This document shows, piece by piece, positions 24,921 through 37,800 of a stretch of 64,000 bases of DNA. Source of the stretch: Felis catus (taxonomy: Eukaryota); NCBI RefSeq assembly GCF_018350175.1, contig NC_058368.1, forward strand, positions 42,038,001-42,102,000. The letters run 5' to 3'. Both the position numbers and the translations under genes were made by a program. Positions within the stretch are counted from its first letter, which is position 1. Every line of letters begins with the position of its first letter. The notes under the pieces are model-generated. The model ran no database searches. It had not been told where the DNA came from and saw only the letters and a list, made by a program, of their open reading frames with translations.

Positions 24921-25502
24921 CGGTAGTCCCCTACTTATCCATGGGGGATACATTCCAAGACCCCAAATATGTTCAGGATGCCTGAAACCATGTATAGTAC
25001 CAAACTCTTTTTATACTATATTTTTTCCCTAAAAATACATACTTGTGTTAAAAGTTAATTTATACATCAGGCATAGTAAAAGATAAACAATGATAACTAA
25101 TAATGAAACAGAACAATTATAACAGTACACAGTAATAAAAGTTATGTGAATGTGCGCTCTCTCTCCTCCAAAGTATCTTACTGTACTGCCCTCATCCTTG
25201 TTTTTTTTTTTTTAAGTTTTTATTTATTTAAGTAATCTCTACACCCAACATGGGGCTTGAACTCACGATGCCACAATCAAGAGTCACATGCTCCTCACCC
25301 TTTTCTTGTGATGACTGAGATGATAAAATGCCTACCTAAGAAGATGAAGCAAGGGGGATGACGTAGGTATTGTGACCTAGCATTAGGCTACTATTCGCCT
25401 TCTGAGGTAGGTCAGAAGGAAGATCATTTGCTTCCAGACCAGGGATGACCTTGGAGAACTGAAGTCACACAAAACAAAACTGTGGGTAAGGGGGAACTAC
25501 TG
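24921..25502 (-). mobile_element. TcMar-Tigger MITE, MER44 (Tigger7-derived) family, full length
   Basis: Terminal inverted repeats CGGTAGTCCCCTACTTATCC / GGGTAAGGGGGAACTACTG, flanked by TA at 24919-24920 and 25503-25504. Confidence 0.88.
25201..25293 (-). mobile_element. Short tRNA-derived carnivore SINE (SINEC_old-like), 5'-truncated, nested in the MER44
   Basis: Reverse complement GAGCATGTGACTCTTGATT...GTGAGTTCAAGCCCCATGTTGGGTGTAGAGATTACTTAAATAAATAAAAA; no CT tract; approximate TSD CCTCA(T/C)CCTT. Confidence 0.85.
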
Positions 25503-25719
25503 TATTTGACAAAACAAGCCATCGCATTCTTCACTCCAATTTCCAGATAGCATATTGCCGAGCAAGGATTCCAGCTTTCAGAATTTTTATTTTAAACAAG
25601 AGCTTAAGGTTGTTGCAAGAGTATTTACTAGTACTTGGAAGGAAATCTGTTGTTAGATATTTATTTTACACTGGAAATTTAACTTGACCTAATCCAGGTT
25701 TTTAGTCACACAATCCTGA

Positions 25720-26220
25720 GGAATCACTCTCCTTCTTAAAATTCTATAACAGTTTCCCTATCCTTTTGGGATGTATTCCAAAATGCTTACCATGACATAT
25801 GTGGCCCCCATCTACCTCTGAGTTCCTTCTTCAGCCTCAATGTCCTCAACTGGCCTCTTTCTTGCCTCCAAATCTCAGCCTTCTGGATCCCATTTGTTTG
25901 CTTGAACACATCACACTGCCTCTGCCTTCTGGAGTTTTGCCATGCTGGTACCTTTGCTTGTAACGCTTTCTTCCGTGAACATTGCCTGGCTGCCTTCTAT
26001 TCATCACTCAAGTCTCTCATTAAAAGTCACCTTCCAAGGGCTTCTCTGCTACATGCTCTAAAAACACTGTACTTCTTCCTTCCTTCTAGCATCCTCCCTG
26101 CTAGTAATAGTTTGACCTCTGATTTAATCTAGCTTATATTCCCCATACGAGCACATCTCCGTTCCAGAGGAGGTACAATGCCTAGCATATAGCAGGCACT
26201 TCATAAATAATTGTGAAGCT
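25720..26220 (+). mobile_element. L2 LINE 3' region
   Basis: L2-like series: CTTACCATGACATATGTGGCCCC, CTTGAACACA, CTATTCATCACTCAAGTCTC..AAGTCACCTTCC, AATGCCTAGCATATAGCAGGCACT..ATAAATA. Confidence 0.75.
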
Positions 26221-26398
26221 CAGTTGAAGTTAAATGTATGTTCATCTGATATCAGCATGGATATATTCACATAACCGTTTGGGAGTTTTGTTTGGTTTTG
26301 GTTTTGGTTTCCATGATGCTGCTGTCCTGTGAGCCCTCTCTCTATAATTAGAGGGCCTGATTGAAGTTACCTATGACCCAAAGTCCATATATCTATAT

Positions 26399-26632
26399 CA
26401 GTGTTTCTCAGCATTTTTGCATTGTCTCACTGCTATTATTAGACACCTTTTCCTCTAATTGCCTGTGCCCAGTGAAGTTGTAATGCCATGCTCATGCACG
26501 CACACACACACAAGTGTATAGCTCTTTACGTACTGTGACCCTTTGGAGGGTCTATAACATCTAAGATTTTTTTATTCTTCAAAGTGAATTTTCACCCCTT
26601 GGGGCAATATTGCCCCTGTTGAGAATGTATCA
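26399..26632. mobile_element. hAT-Charlie MITE-like element (family uncertain)
   Basis: Begins CAGTGTTTCTCA and ends GGGCAATATTGCCCCTGTTGAGAATG, resembling Charlie/MER20-type termini. Confidence 0.55.
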
Positions 26633-27839
26633 TCTATCTTTATTTCTATGTCTTTCTGTCTATCTATTTCTATCATGTTTTTTATCTAGAGAGAAAAGGA
26701 GGGAGGCAGTCGGGAAAAGAAGAGAGAAAGTGCCCAATTGATCACTCTTTGATGTATTGCTTCAGCCGCTCTTTGCAGAATCTTTTCCTGGTTCCAGTTT
26801 AGTCTCAGAGTTTGGCCCAGAGCGCTTTGCACAAAAAGAGCGTCCTCTCTGATTGTTGTGTTGGTCTCCTGGCTACTATGTACTTTATTGAGTGTTAACA
26901 AAACATTAATTTGTATGGAAATATTAAAGTCAGAATGTATTGTAATTTTAGATTTTCATATTTTGTATTTACCATAGTTATAATTTTATTCATGTCAGTT
27001 TCCAAATGAAATGTTTTATGTGTTCCCAACTGGAATTAATTTTCTTTATCTAATTACTTTCAAAGCTGTATCAGAGTTGAAGCTTTAAAAGCTATTGGTG
27101 GCATTAGGATCTGTTCAGTTTCCACAGGCAGCTTGAAAAATAACTTTCTACGGGCAAACATCTCAGGTGCAGGGAAAACTGTGGTCTTACATGAGCAGCT
27201 GCAGAGAGAATGCGATTGCAGCCCTATTTCTTACTCTTTCTGGCTTTTATTAGTCCACAGAGTGGTTAGAAACAAATGGCAGGGGTTTGCTGGGAACATT
27301 TTGCAATGCCTCCAGGGACCACCACCTTGTTAAATCTACTTACAGTGGTGGTTGTCATTTAAATACAGTGGTACACCTGTTATGACACAGAAGGTGGGTG
27401 TCAGGTAAAAGCCCACAATCAAGGAAGCTTCAATGATGATGCCAAATCTGAAAGACACTTTTTATTTGTCTTTTTTTTTTTCCCTTTTGCCCAGCAGGCA
27501 CTCACAAACTATCTGCCTAACACCAGGTTAGTCCAGATACACTGTCAATTTGCATGGTTTAACTGCCAAGTCATGCTTGTCACAAGTCATTAGTTGCTGG
27601 CCTCAGTGGAATCATCCAATACCACATTGGCTTCAGAACCAAACAGGCATTAGTTACAGCAAAATTTAGAGAAGTTTCCACATGTTCTCAAATCCCCTAC
27701 CCCACACTAACCAGAGGGATCATAATATCTAATTTTGCTACTGTCACAAACCCTCTCGTCCAGTCCCAGGGATGCACCCGTAGCCCAGACCTTGATAATA
27801 ACAGCTGGCACCCACTCTGTTGGAAGACGGTGTGTTGAA

Positions 27840-27990
27840 GTGTTTCATGTCATTTATCCTCACACCAACCATATGTAGGAGTTATTACCGTTCTGTTTTT
27901 ACAAATGAGGAAACAGCCAGGAAAGAATAGATCTAAAAATGGATCTAAAGAACAGAATCAAAGCATGAGTGCGTGCGTATAGAACCCATG
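27840..27990 (-). mobile_element. MIR fragment
   Basis: TCATTTATCCTCACACCAACCATATGTAGGAGTTATTA..TTTTACAAATGAGGAAAC matches the antisense MIR core. Confidence 0.7.
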
Positions 27991-28263
27991 GGCTTACTCT
28001 TTATGCTGACCTGCATCACCTTGCTCAATATTATAAAACAAAGCCAATTGTGTTTCCCCTTCAACCCACGTCTCCAAATCTTAACCATTTTATCATTTTA
28101 TGTATTATTGTTTAACTTTTCAAATTTATGCCATAAGTAGATCACTTCTAAACAGATTAGAAGGTTTTAGAGGAAGGAACTATTTCTGATACTCCTAGTG
28201 TGTTTTATAACAAGTAGCACAATGCTTTGTACATAGTAGGCAATTGTTAAAAAATAAAATCCT

Positions 28264-28458
28264 GGGGCACCCGTGTGGTTCAGTTAGTTAAGCATCCGAC
28301 TCTTGATTTAGACTTAAGTCATGATTTCACAGCTTGTGGATTCGAGCCCTGCTTGGGATACTTTCTCTCCCTCTCTCTGCCTCTCCCCCACACATGCTCT
28401 AAATCTATCTATCTATGTATCTATGTATCTATCTATCTATCTATGCATCTTAAAAAAA
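28264..28458 (+). mobile_element. CAN-SINE with internal deletion and (TCTA)n tail, next to an L2-like end at 28130-28250
   Basis: Head present; TTCGAGCCC joined directly to TGCTTGGGA; TCTA repeats 28404-28445. Confidence 0.9.
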
Positions 28459-30869
28459 TTCCTTTGATTTAGCAACAGCTGGGAAATGTCTAGAGCTATC
28501 ATATACTCAGCTTTTCTAGTCTTTTACTTGACTCCTACAGAATACTCAATTAAGAGTCATGTATTTTAATTAAAATTGTGCCCCTTGGTTACTCGGTGTA
28601 ATTGGTCACTTGTCTGATTTAGCCTACCTATTGCTATACTCTTACTTATCAATGTAAGAATAAACACTTGAAATTCTTTGCACAAATTAAAGAATCTCTT
28701 GGAAAGCTCCTAATTATTTTAAGTCAAATCTGAAGGGCAGACACACAAATATGAAAAGCAGCAGAAGAGTCTCCAGCAGCAAACAAATAGTTATTGACCT
28801 AGTAAATGAAGTGGTCTTAGCTCCCAAGTACACAAAATTATTACTTCATTTATCCCCAGAATTTTGCTTATTGGTTTCTTTCTTGTTTTCCAAATAGAAA
28901 AAAAAAAAGGTGTATATACATACACAAATGATTATTATATGTATATAATATATAGAGAGACAGAGCTGGAGAGAGAGAGAGAGAGCAAGCAGATCAAGAC
29001 ACCAGTGACATTTTGATCAAGAGAAATGGCATGAAAATCATGACTATTTAGGAAGAAATAATAGTGGCTGTCTAATAGTAATAAAAAGCTTTTATGGCAA
29101 CCTAGAATCCAAATTAGACAGGAAAACACACAAGTTGAAGTTAGAAGATATGGTTGCATCTAAGTGGTTGTAACCCTTGACAAATAATTTGATTTTCCCA
29201 ACTCTTACTTTCTCATTTGTAAATTAGTTAAAACATATCCTACACATAAATCACTTAAGTGTTTATGTCCCTAATCATTGTTATAGGAAATATTACTGCA
29301 ATTATGATCATCATCACTACACATTGCCACTTTTTTCAAGTAGTTTTGATAAATTATGGTAAAGAAATAAAACGTAACACTACGAATTATTCATCTAAAA
29401 TATTCAGTCATTAGTCAGTGTAACCTGGTGATAAACATTTTTTTTAATTATCTACTCTTGTCATTGATTGGTATTTTGAGGAAACTATTATAATTAAGCT
29501 ATTACAAATGGAAATTCTTGAAGTTGGAAGTTTACGACTTCTCTATACAAATTTAAAACAGGAATTGAGTTATAAGCTTTGCCTATGAACTCCTGCTTTG
29601 CTTATAAAATGGATATTATATTTTGTGATTCAAGTCTTGGCTTGAATCAGAATGATCCTTACTAAAAAGCAATATAAAAGGAAGAGAAAAGAATTTTCCT
29701 CATGCTCTATTATATATAGTTTCAACTCTATTTGAATATAGTCCCTTTGAAAATTGCATCATTGATTACATGTATTATGAAGAAAGCCATTGTCTTGCAT
29801 TTCATATCTAAGAAATAAAATATGAGTTGTGATAGTAATCATTAGGAGAGTTTGAAGTATACTTTGTTTATTAACAGAAATTTATTTTATTTCTTTTTAA
29901 AATTCAACTCGCATTTACTTCTTGGAAATTTGTTAGAATCTTCTAAATCAATACCAAAATTATTGAATAACTTAAGAGCACACCATCAATGCAGTGCTAT
30001 CTCAAGTCTCTTGGAGGGATCAACCAACATAGTCAACACATAGGCTCAATAAAATGTTTGCATTTAAAAGAACAAATTAATCCCAATTTTTCAATATGCT
30101 GCAAAAAATCATAGGGCAAAATAAGTATTATTTATTCTCTAGAAAATGTATCGGAAATACAGTTGTAGGTGGTAGTATAACTACTTCTTACCTGATACCA
30201 CTTTATAACACTTATTAAAGAGTGAGTAATTTGCTAAGTGAGTAGTTTGCTAGTAAGTAGCAGACCCAGGGTTTGAATAAAGGCCTCATCCTCTCCTTCA
30301 GAAGTGACATTCTGAGGCAGAATATAGGACTGGCAAAAAAGAGCATTACTCGGTTCAGAAAAATTCTCAGAAGTATAGATTGTCAAAAATTTAATTACGA
30401 CTTACAAACTCAAATCTGAGGAGATGGAACATAGAGAAGTGAAACTTTTAAAAAAAGACTGTTCAGAACAAAAGTCCTGGGTCTTATTCATGCCCAAAGA
30501 AAGACAGATTTCTCACATAACGCAGGATCAGATAGAGTTTGGGGATCTGCAGGGTAAACTGCAGGTGACCCGTGAGACAAAGGGTGATAATGGGAGAAGT
30601 AGGAGTTACTTTTGTGAGGCAAGCACCAACTCCAATCAGCTGAAAAGTTTTTCTATGACCAAAGTGAAGAGTACACTTGATTCAAACTCAGAAATATAGG
30701 AAAGGAAGAGATAGTAAATCCATGAGTTAGTCTCTTTTTCTGAGATAAGCATTTCCATTCTCCAGAATTTGAAAATGCTAAGTAGCCATTCTTTAAGTTC
30801 GGCCTTACTGATGTCTATTTTTTTCATATGTTTCCACTTTGTTGCACTTACTCCTTTGTTTTACTTTGA

Positions 30870-31640
30870 GTCATAGCAATTTTTTTCTTCTAGATCCTCA
30901 AAAGCCCACTTCCTGGGGACTTCTTCCCTCTGTCTTTACTATGTTCAGACTTTGTGTCTAACCTAAGTTCGATTATCACTCTATGTAGATTTTTCCAAAT
31001 TCCACACACTTAGTGTTGAGTTCTTTTTCAAGTTCTGTACTTGAATTTTTTGTTACGCTTGAATACCTACAACTATATATTCTATTGGCTTCTAGAACTT
31101 TAGTGTCTAGCACTTATTTTGAATGAATTGATATACAAAGCCATGCACCTTTATTGCCTCTTATTCCTTAATTTTCCTCACTCTATTCCCACCCATATCT
31201 ACTGATCTCATCTATTTCAAAACTTCATTGTGAAATGAAGTAGCAAAGTGCCTTCAACTGTTCCCTTTTCATAGCTTTCATTTTGTGCTATAAGATTATT
31301 CTCTCCAAGAGATCTTGATATTTTCCTGCCCCCAATGCCTATACAATAAGTCCTAGAGGGTAAAGTTTAAAATCCTTTAGTTTGAATTATAGTTTAAGTA
31401 ATGGAATTAAGTCTTGCTCTTTTGTGCCTGGGAAACTTTGCCCATGCTGTTCTTTCTCCTTAATAATCTTTTATTCATTTGTACTTTTCAGAATGTTACC
31501 AAAACCCCAACTTGTGTTTCAAAGGCTGCCTTGTTTATGAAGCATTTTCTACACTTATATCTACATATACTATTCTCTTCTCTTAATGTTTCCCTATTTT
31601 GAGACATTTATCATAGTCTGCCTTTTTCTATAGCTATTTA
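30870..31640 (+). mobile_element. L2 fragments (heavily degraded)
   Basis: Pyrimidine-rich stretch with L2-like phrases (TATCACTCTATGTAGATTTTTCCAAAT; TTTTGTGCCTGGGAAACT). Confidence 0.45.
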
Positions 31641-31871
31641 TGTACCTACATTATACATCTGACTCAATACATTTGCCTTATTTTTTCTGTCACAAATGCC
31701 TGAAGTGCACTCCCTTTATCCTTATACCTTTGTTACACTTCATACATCCATTGTGTTACCTCAGTAACACCAAAATAATTAAAATTACCAAAAATAATTA
31801 AAATTAGATCATGAACTCCATCTATTATTGTTCATGTAGATTGATCTGTCTCCCACTCTTTCTCAGTTTTT

Positions 31872-32070
31872 TTTAAATATTTATTCATCTCTGAGAGACA
31901 GAAAAAGACAGAGCATGAGCGGGGAAGAGGTAGAGAGAGGGAGACACAGAATCCAAAGCAGGCTCCAAGCTGTTAGCACAGAGCCGGACGCAGGGCTTGA
32001 ACTCAGGAACTGCAAGATCATGACCTGAGCCGAAGTTGGACTCTCAACTGACTGAGCTACCCAGGCACCC
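31872..32070 (-). mobile_element. CAN-SINE
   Basis: Perfect 16-bp TSD CTCTTTCTCAGTTTTT at 31856-31871 and 32071-32086. Confidence 0.95.
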
Positions 32071-33851
32071 CTCTTTCTCAGTTTTTAACTGATAAATAGA
32101 GACTATGTGTGTAGGTGTCTTATATAAAAGTTCTTTTCCACTTTTCAAAGAGTATTTAAGAACAGATGCTCACAAAGTGTTGATATCTATTCAGCATGAA
32201 AGTAGAAGTGGAAAGAGCATATTAGATTGAAACTAAAAGTTCATATACATGAGCTTGAAAGCCAAAAACAACAAGAATTATCTTTGTTTGTGGTGTGGTT
32301 TTGAAAAAATTGCTTCCCCAACAATGAAAGTTTTTCTAATCTAATCCAGTCTGTTATGTTCTAGAAGCCATGTTCTGAAAACCATTACACCATGGAAACT
32401 TACTGATTAATAGCGATAAATACAGCCACCTTATATTTTTACAGCACTTGCATATTTTCAAAGCATTTTCTCAGCTATTACCTCATATCAGCCCCCTAAC
32501 CACCTGCTGTTATGAATATGGCACACATAGGAACAAATTCATTGTAACTACACGCTTTTTTTTTTTTGCAGCCTACATTAATGTGCTCCATTACAAACAT
32601 ATTAATTAGGTAAGAAAATATATTGCCTCTGATGGCTGTATGGGAAAAAAATCTATGGTCACTTAAAAATTCAGGTATGGCTGCATTGAAGACTGATACA
32701 TTCAATAAACAGGTGTTCTCAGCTTTGGTAATTATGCTTTGAAATATACTGGATAAAAGGAAGCACGCATGTGTGTATCTAGCCACTAGCATACACGATA
32801 CTTTTGAATTCTGCTGCTATTTTTGCATTTTCAAAGATTGAGAGTTAATTTTAATATATAATGTGAACCCCATCTTCTCAGGGATTCCAGTACCATTACA
32901 GGTTACTAAAAAAAAAGACTTATACAGCCCTCTAGTGTTCCAAAGCTAGAGACCCCCAGTAGAAAATACATTCAAGCATGGCAAAACTCATCCCCTCACC
33001 CACCTCCTTTAATGCAGAATCACTGCTGACAATACCACTGCTAGAAGCACATATTATTTAAACTACTGAAATTATAGCGTTGGCAGTGGGAACTGAACTG
33101 TTCTCACATCACTAGGGAAAGAGCGCTGAGTACATGACAGCTTAGAAACTGCCTTCATGGGGGAAAATGTTCAGATAAATCAATTTTCTGCAGAAAAAAA
33201 GGGGAAAAATTAATTTGCTGTGTACTTATTTAAACAGCTGACTGAAGAGTTTATTATGCTTGATTGCAGGCCTTCAGCAATAGTTATTGCTTCCTTTTCC
33301 TTCTTTCCCTCTCTCCCAATGAATTCCCATTGACAGACCCTACAGCTATCCTCTCAGAAATCATATAAAACCTGACACTGCTAAAAAATTAACCTCAAAA
33401 AGGTGTCTTCGGGTGTTGCCTTTCAAATCAAATTTTAATAGACAACAGTGAGCTGAGAGCTCCTTCTTTAAAACGTGATCGCTAAGCAAGATTCACAAGC
33501 TGTCCCTGGTCTGCAGATGGAGCTATTGACAAAACAGTACTATCCACTTGAGAAAAAGCAGGGCCCAGAGTTTTACTGAATGTTTCTTTCCGTTTTGTTT
33601 TGTTTTGTTTTGTTTTAAGGATTATGCCTCAAGACATATCCTAAGTATTATTGTATTCAATTAAAATAAATCTATCCTTTGAAAATTAAAAACAGCTTCA
33701 AAATTTGATGTGCATTATCTATCTTAGTTCACAGATTTGGAACACATAAAACCTACATAAATAAAAATAGAGATACATGTCAGTGAAAAGTGATTCAAGC
33801 ACATAGAGAGGCAATGTAATATAAGAAATGATCGTGCAGAAAAAAAAAATT

Positions 33852-34083
33852 ATTTTTTATTTTTTTTATTATTTTTTTTTAACGTTTATTTATTTTTGAG
33901 ACAGAGAGACACAGAGCATGAAGGGGGGAGGGGCAGAGAGCGAAGGAGACACAGAATTGGAAGCAGGCTCCAGGCTCCGAGCCATCAGCCCAGAGCCTGA
34001 CGCGGGGCTCGAACTCACGGACAGCAAGATCGTGACCTGAGCTGAAGTCGGACGCTTAACCGACTGCGCCACCCAGGCGCCCC
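33852..34083 (-). mobile_element. CAN-SINE, young CpG-rich (SINEC_Fc-like)
   Basis: Full length with long T-rich tail; AAAAATT flanks both ends. Confidence 0.96.
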
Positions 34084-34101
34084 AAAAATTTTTTTTAAAA
34101 A

Positions 34102-34317
34102 GGGGGGGCACCTGGGTGTCTCAGTCGGTTAAGCATCCCACTTCGGCTCAGGTCATGATTTTGTGGTTTGTGAGTTCGAGCCCCACGTCGGGCTCTGTGC
34201 TGACAGCTCAGAGCCTGGAGCCTGCTTCAGATTCTGTGTCTCCTTTTCTCTCTGTCCCTCCCCTACTCACGCTCTGTCTCTCAGTAATAAATAAACGTTA
34301 AAAAATTAAAAAAAAAA
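34102..34317 (+). mobile_element. CAN-SINE, head-to-head with the previous element
   Basis: GGGGCACCTGGGTG head, CT tract, AATAAA/A tail. Confidence 0.96.
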
Positions 34318-34614
34318 AAGAAATTATAGTGCAGAAATAGACTCTGTATCACTCCCTTCCTTAATGGAAACTTAGAACATGGCACAATAAATTATCTAAC
34401 ATTTAATATTCAAAATACTTTCTGCGATGGAATACATTTTTTTCATCAAATATCCCACCATCACAATATAGCAGGTAGGCGACATGGTTACTTAAAAAAA
34501 TCTAAGTATGGAATAGATGAATATAGAACTAATTTTAAAAAAGTTTGAAGGAACTTTGGTGATAATCCAGACAAAATGTGTAGATTTTTAGAGTTAGAAG
34601 AGAACTAGGAATCG

Positions 34615-34830
34615 TTCATTCATTCTTTCAACAAATACAAATGTAACTCATGTGAATGGTTACATTTGGTTAGTTTTAGGATTAAAGAATTACCTAAACC
34701 ATCTCCTGCTTTCAAGAATTTTACAGTTAACGTACATAATAGACACATCAAAAGCTTTGGGACAGTGTAAAGTTCTGTGGAAATGGAGGAGGAAACTGTA
34801 ACCATAAGTACTGTGTTATGTCAGAAAGGC
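34615..34830 (-). mobile_element. L2 3' end (antisense)
   Basis: TTCATTCATTCTTTCAACAAATA start; TCTCCTGCTTTCAAGAATTTTACAGT. Confidence 0.6.
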
Positions 34831-37800
34831 AATTTTAAAAAGTCAGTTAAGCTGAAGTTTTAAGGTCACCTAGGAAAATTTCATTATTTTCCAGAAGTAG
34901 AAACTGACTTGGCAAAACATCACGGCTGATAGGTGTCAAAATCAGGGTCAGAAACGAGCTTTCCCTGTTTCCTTTCCTGAATTCTCTCAACAACAAACAC
35001 GTTTCTAGGTGAAGTATATATTAGCATCTGCTCAGAATGGAATTAAAGAGTCCTAGGAATGACAGTCAAATAAGAGATGCTAGAATGCAATCAAAACATT
35101 AGTTCTCAACTATGAACCTCATGAACTGTATCAGGAATCTCATGGATTTAGTCCTGAGCCATACTGCACTGTTTTTAAAATTATTAAAACTTTTCTAAAG
35201 TTTAAGCAATATCTTTTACCCAAATTTAAACACTTTTCAACTGCTGTGTACTTCTACTGAGTTCACTAGAACGACAGAATACTGAATTCACGTCATGATA
35301 GAATGCTTAAAGTGTGCTAAGAAATAACATCTGGTCCACTGTATTGTCAAAACACCTGTCCTCTTGTGTTTTGTTGCTGTAGGATTAAAAAAATCCAAAA
35401 AAACTGATTCTGATACTTCCCGATTATTTTAACTTTTTATGTGATAAGCAATATAAACTTACTTAAACATAGATGCTTTTGCATCTGAAAATTACTATAA
35501 TATCTGTCTTGATATCTCAGAGGAAAAATAAACTTAATCACTATAATCACCATTGGGAAAATAAACCCACATATTCTATACTCATTGAAATTAGAGTTCT
35601 TTAGAAAAGAACAAGAATAAGAAAAATATAACACATTATGTTCGTAAAAAATGTGTTCAATGCCATAAAATGCTAAAAATATGATAATGGTATCTTTTTA
35701 AATTTCATATTAAAGTCATAATATTTGAAACAATGGTCAGTATCTTTACTTCTGATCTCCAAATAGATGTTTGTGTTATATTTAGTTTCATTGAAAACAT
35801 GACACATTTTTAAATAAAAGTAAGAGTTTTCACTGGCAAAAGCAGGGAAGGAAGGATTCTGTACCACCTGATTAAAACTGGGCAATGTTTAATGCGCATG
35901 GAAAATAAATTTTTAAAAATCTACCATCATGTATCCAAAGCTCTGGCTAGGCCATTCTAAGCCATAGAGCATTGAGCTTCTGAATTTCTATTTAAAATCT
36001 TACTGTCAGTGTACAAATTTAACAGATTACATGATGCCTATGCTATGGAATCTTCAATCCACCTTCTAAATTATACAACTGAATGAGAAACCATTTCAAT
36101 TTCTTGAAAGAAACTTAAAACTATAGCCTTATCATCAATGTATAACATGTTAGAACCTCAGAAACAAAATATTTCCTTGATCATAGTATATAAATTATTA
36201 AAAAATAAAGGAAAAAATTCTAATTTTGGAGGATTGAAAGAATCATATTTGGCTTTGAAGACCTTTACATAATTCAATCTTCTGAGTCTCCAGTAAGACA
36301 TTGAGAAAGAAGTGTTGAGGTGTAACAGTAATTATGTTTACTCTACAGGTATTGATTAAAGTTCATCTGCCAAGCATTAAGGAAAATAATATTCTTAGAT
36401 TTTATTTCTCTTTTCTAAGATATTTCCAATCCCGACGCAGCCAATGTATTTGAGAGCATCCACACAAACCCATACTAATCCATAACCAACCATTTACACA
36501 TTATGTTTTGATTCAGTGTAAGATGTCATATAGTATCTTACACAAATACCCTTAGTTATGGCATAACAACATAACTTAGACATCACGAACATTTCAATTA
36601 CATTTATAATTACTTTTAGTTTTTGTTGCAAATTATCCAATCATTGCATTAGAGATATACTGATGAAACAATTATGTACAATTTTTAATCAAGAAGAGTA
36701 CCATCGTATACTACTCTATCACTAGACAGTTATCACCATGGTATTGTACTGGGCACAGTAGGTGAAACAAATAAGGGATCAATTATTTCAGGAGAACTGT
36801 AAAATATGCCTATAATACAAGGAACTAAATATAAAACACTGAATATAATGAGTGGACATTAACAACTATTATGAGAAATCAAAGATACCAAGCTCTCTGT
36901 GGTGGAATTATTTAAGGTTTAGGGAAAACTTAGGGTAGTGTATTATCAAGTGCATGTAGAAGACATAAATTCTAATCCAGGTTCTACTATTAACCATGTC
37001 ATCTTGTCAAAATGTTTTACTCTTTGTGAACATTAATATCCTTAGGTGTAATTGGAATAACATTTTTTGCTTGTATCACTGAATTATGGCATCATACCTA
37101 TTTTCATACACTTTATATAGCTTGAAAATTGTCAAGTCTCAAATACATACTGATTATAAATGATTTCTTATTTCTGCTATCTTTTTCACTAGGCTTTTTA
37201 AATTATTACACTGAGAAAAGAATAGTTTGGTTTAAGATTCCTACAGAACCCACAGACAAGAATAGAAAATAAAAGGGATTTATAAGGAGCCATATATCAC
37301 TATGACCTGAGCATAGTAACCACAAATAAATACTTGGTGAAAAATCTATTATTTATTTATAATTCATGATTTTATTAAATCCATTATTTGTTTTTTAAAA
37401 TAGAAACATCAGTATGTTTCCTGAGATTACTTTTTATGGACAATCTGCCAATTGTTTACGTATCCAAAGCCCTTGAATTTGTCAGCTGTTTTCCCAATAA
37501 CAAAATTGTTTTGGCAGGCTTTATATTTCTCCAAACTGTATACAGATTGGTCAAACTGTCTCCTCCTAAACAGAAATATGTAATATATCCACATGATAAA
37601 TGACCAATATGTCATTAGGTGGATCTAGTTAATTAATCCTAATATTAGTAGCATGAGGTAGAGTGGTAGATAAGATAGTCAGTTCCATCTGTGAGATATT
37701 TTTGCATGGCAAACAGCAGTGGTTCAGTTAACAGTTTTGTTAGAGAGAGTAAAACACAATGACATATCTCCAGCTACACATTATCTCACAAATATTGTGA

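Noticed and set aside
25201..25293. tRNA-like sequence here and in SINE heads
   Set aside because: tRNA-derived SINE sequence with poly(A) tails and TSDs; no intact cloverleaf
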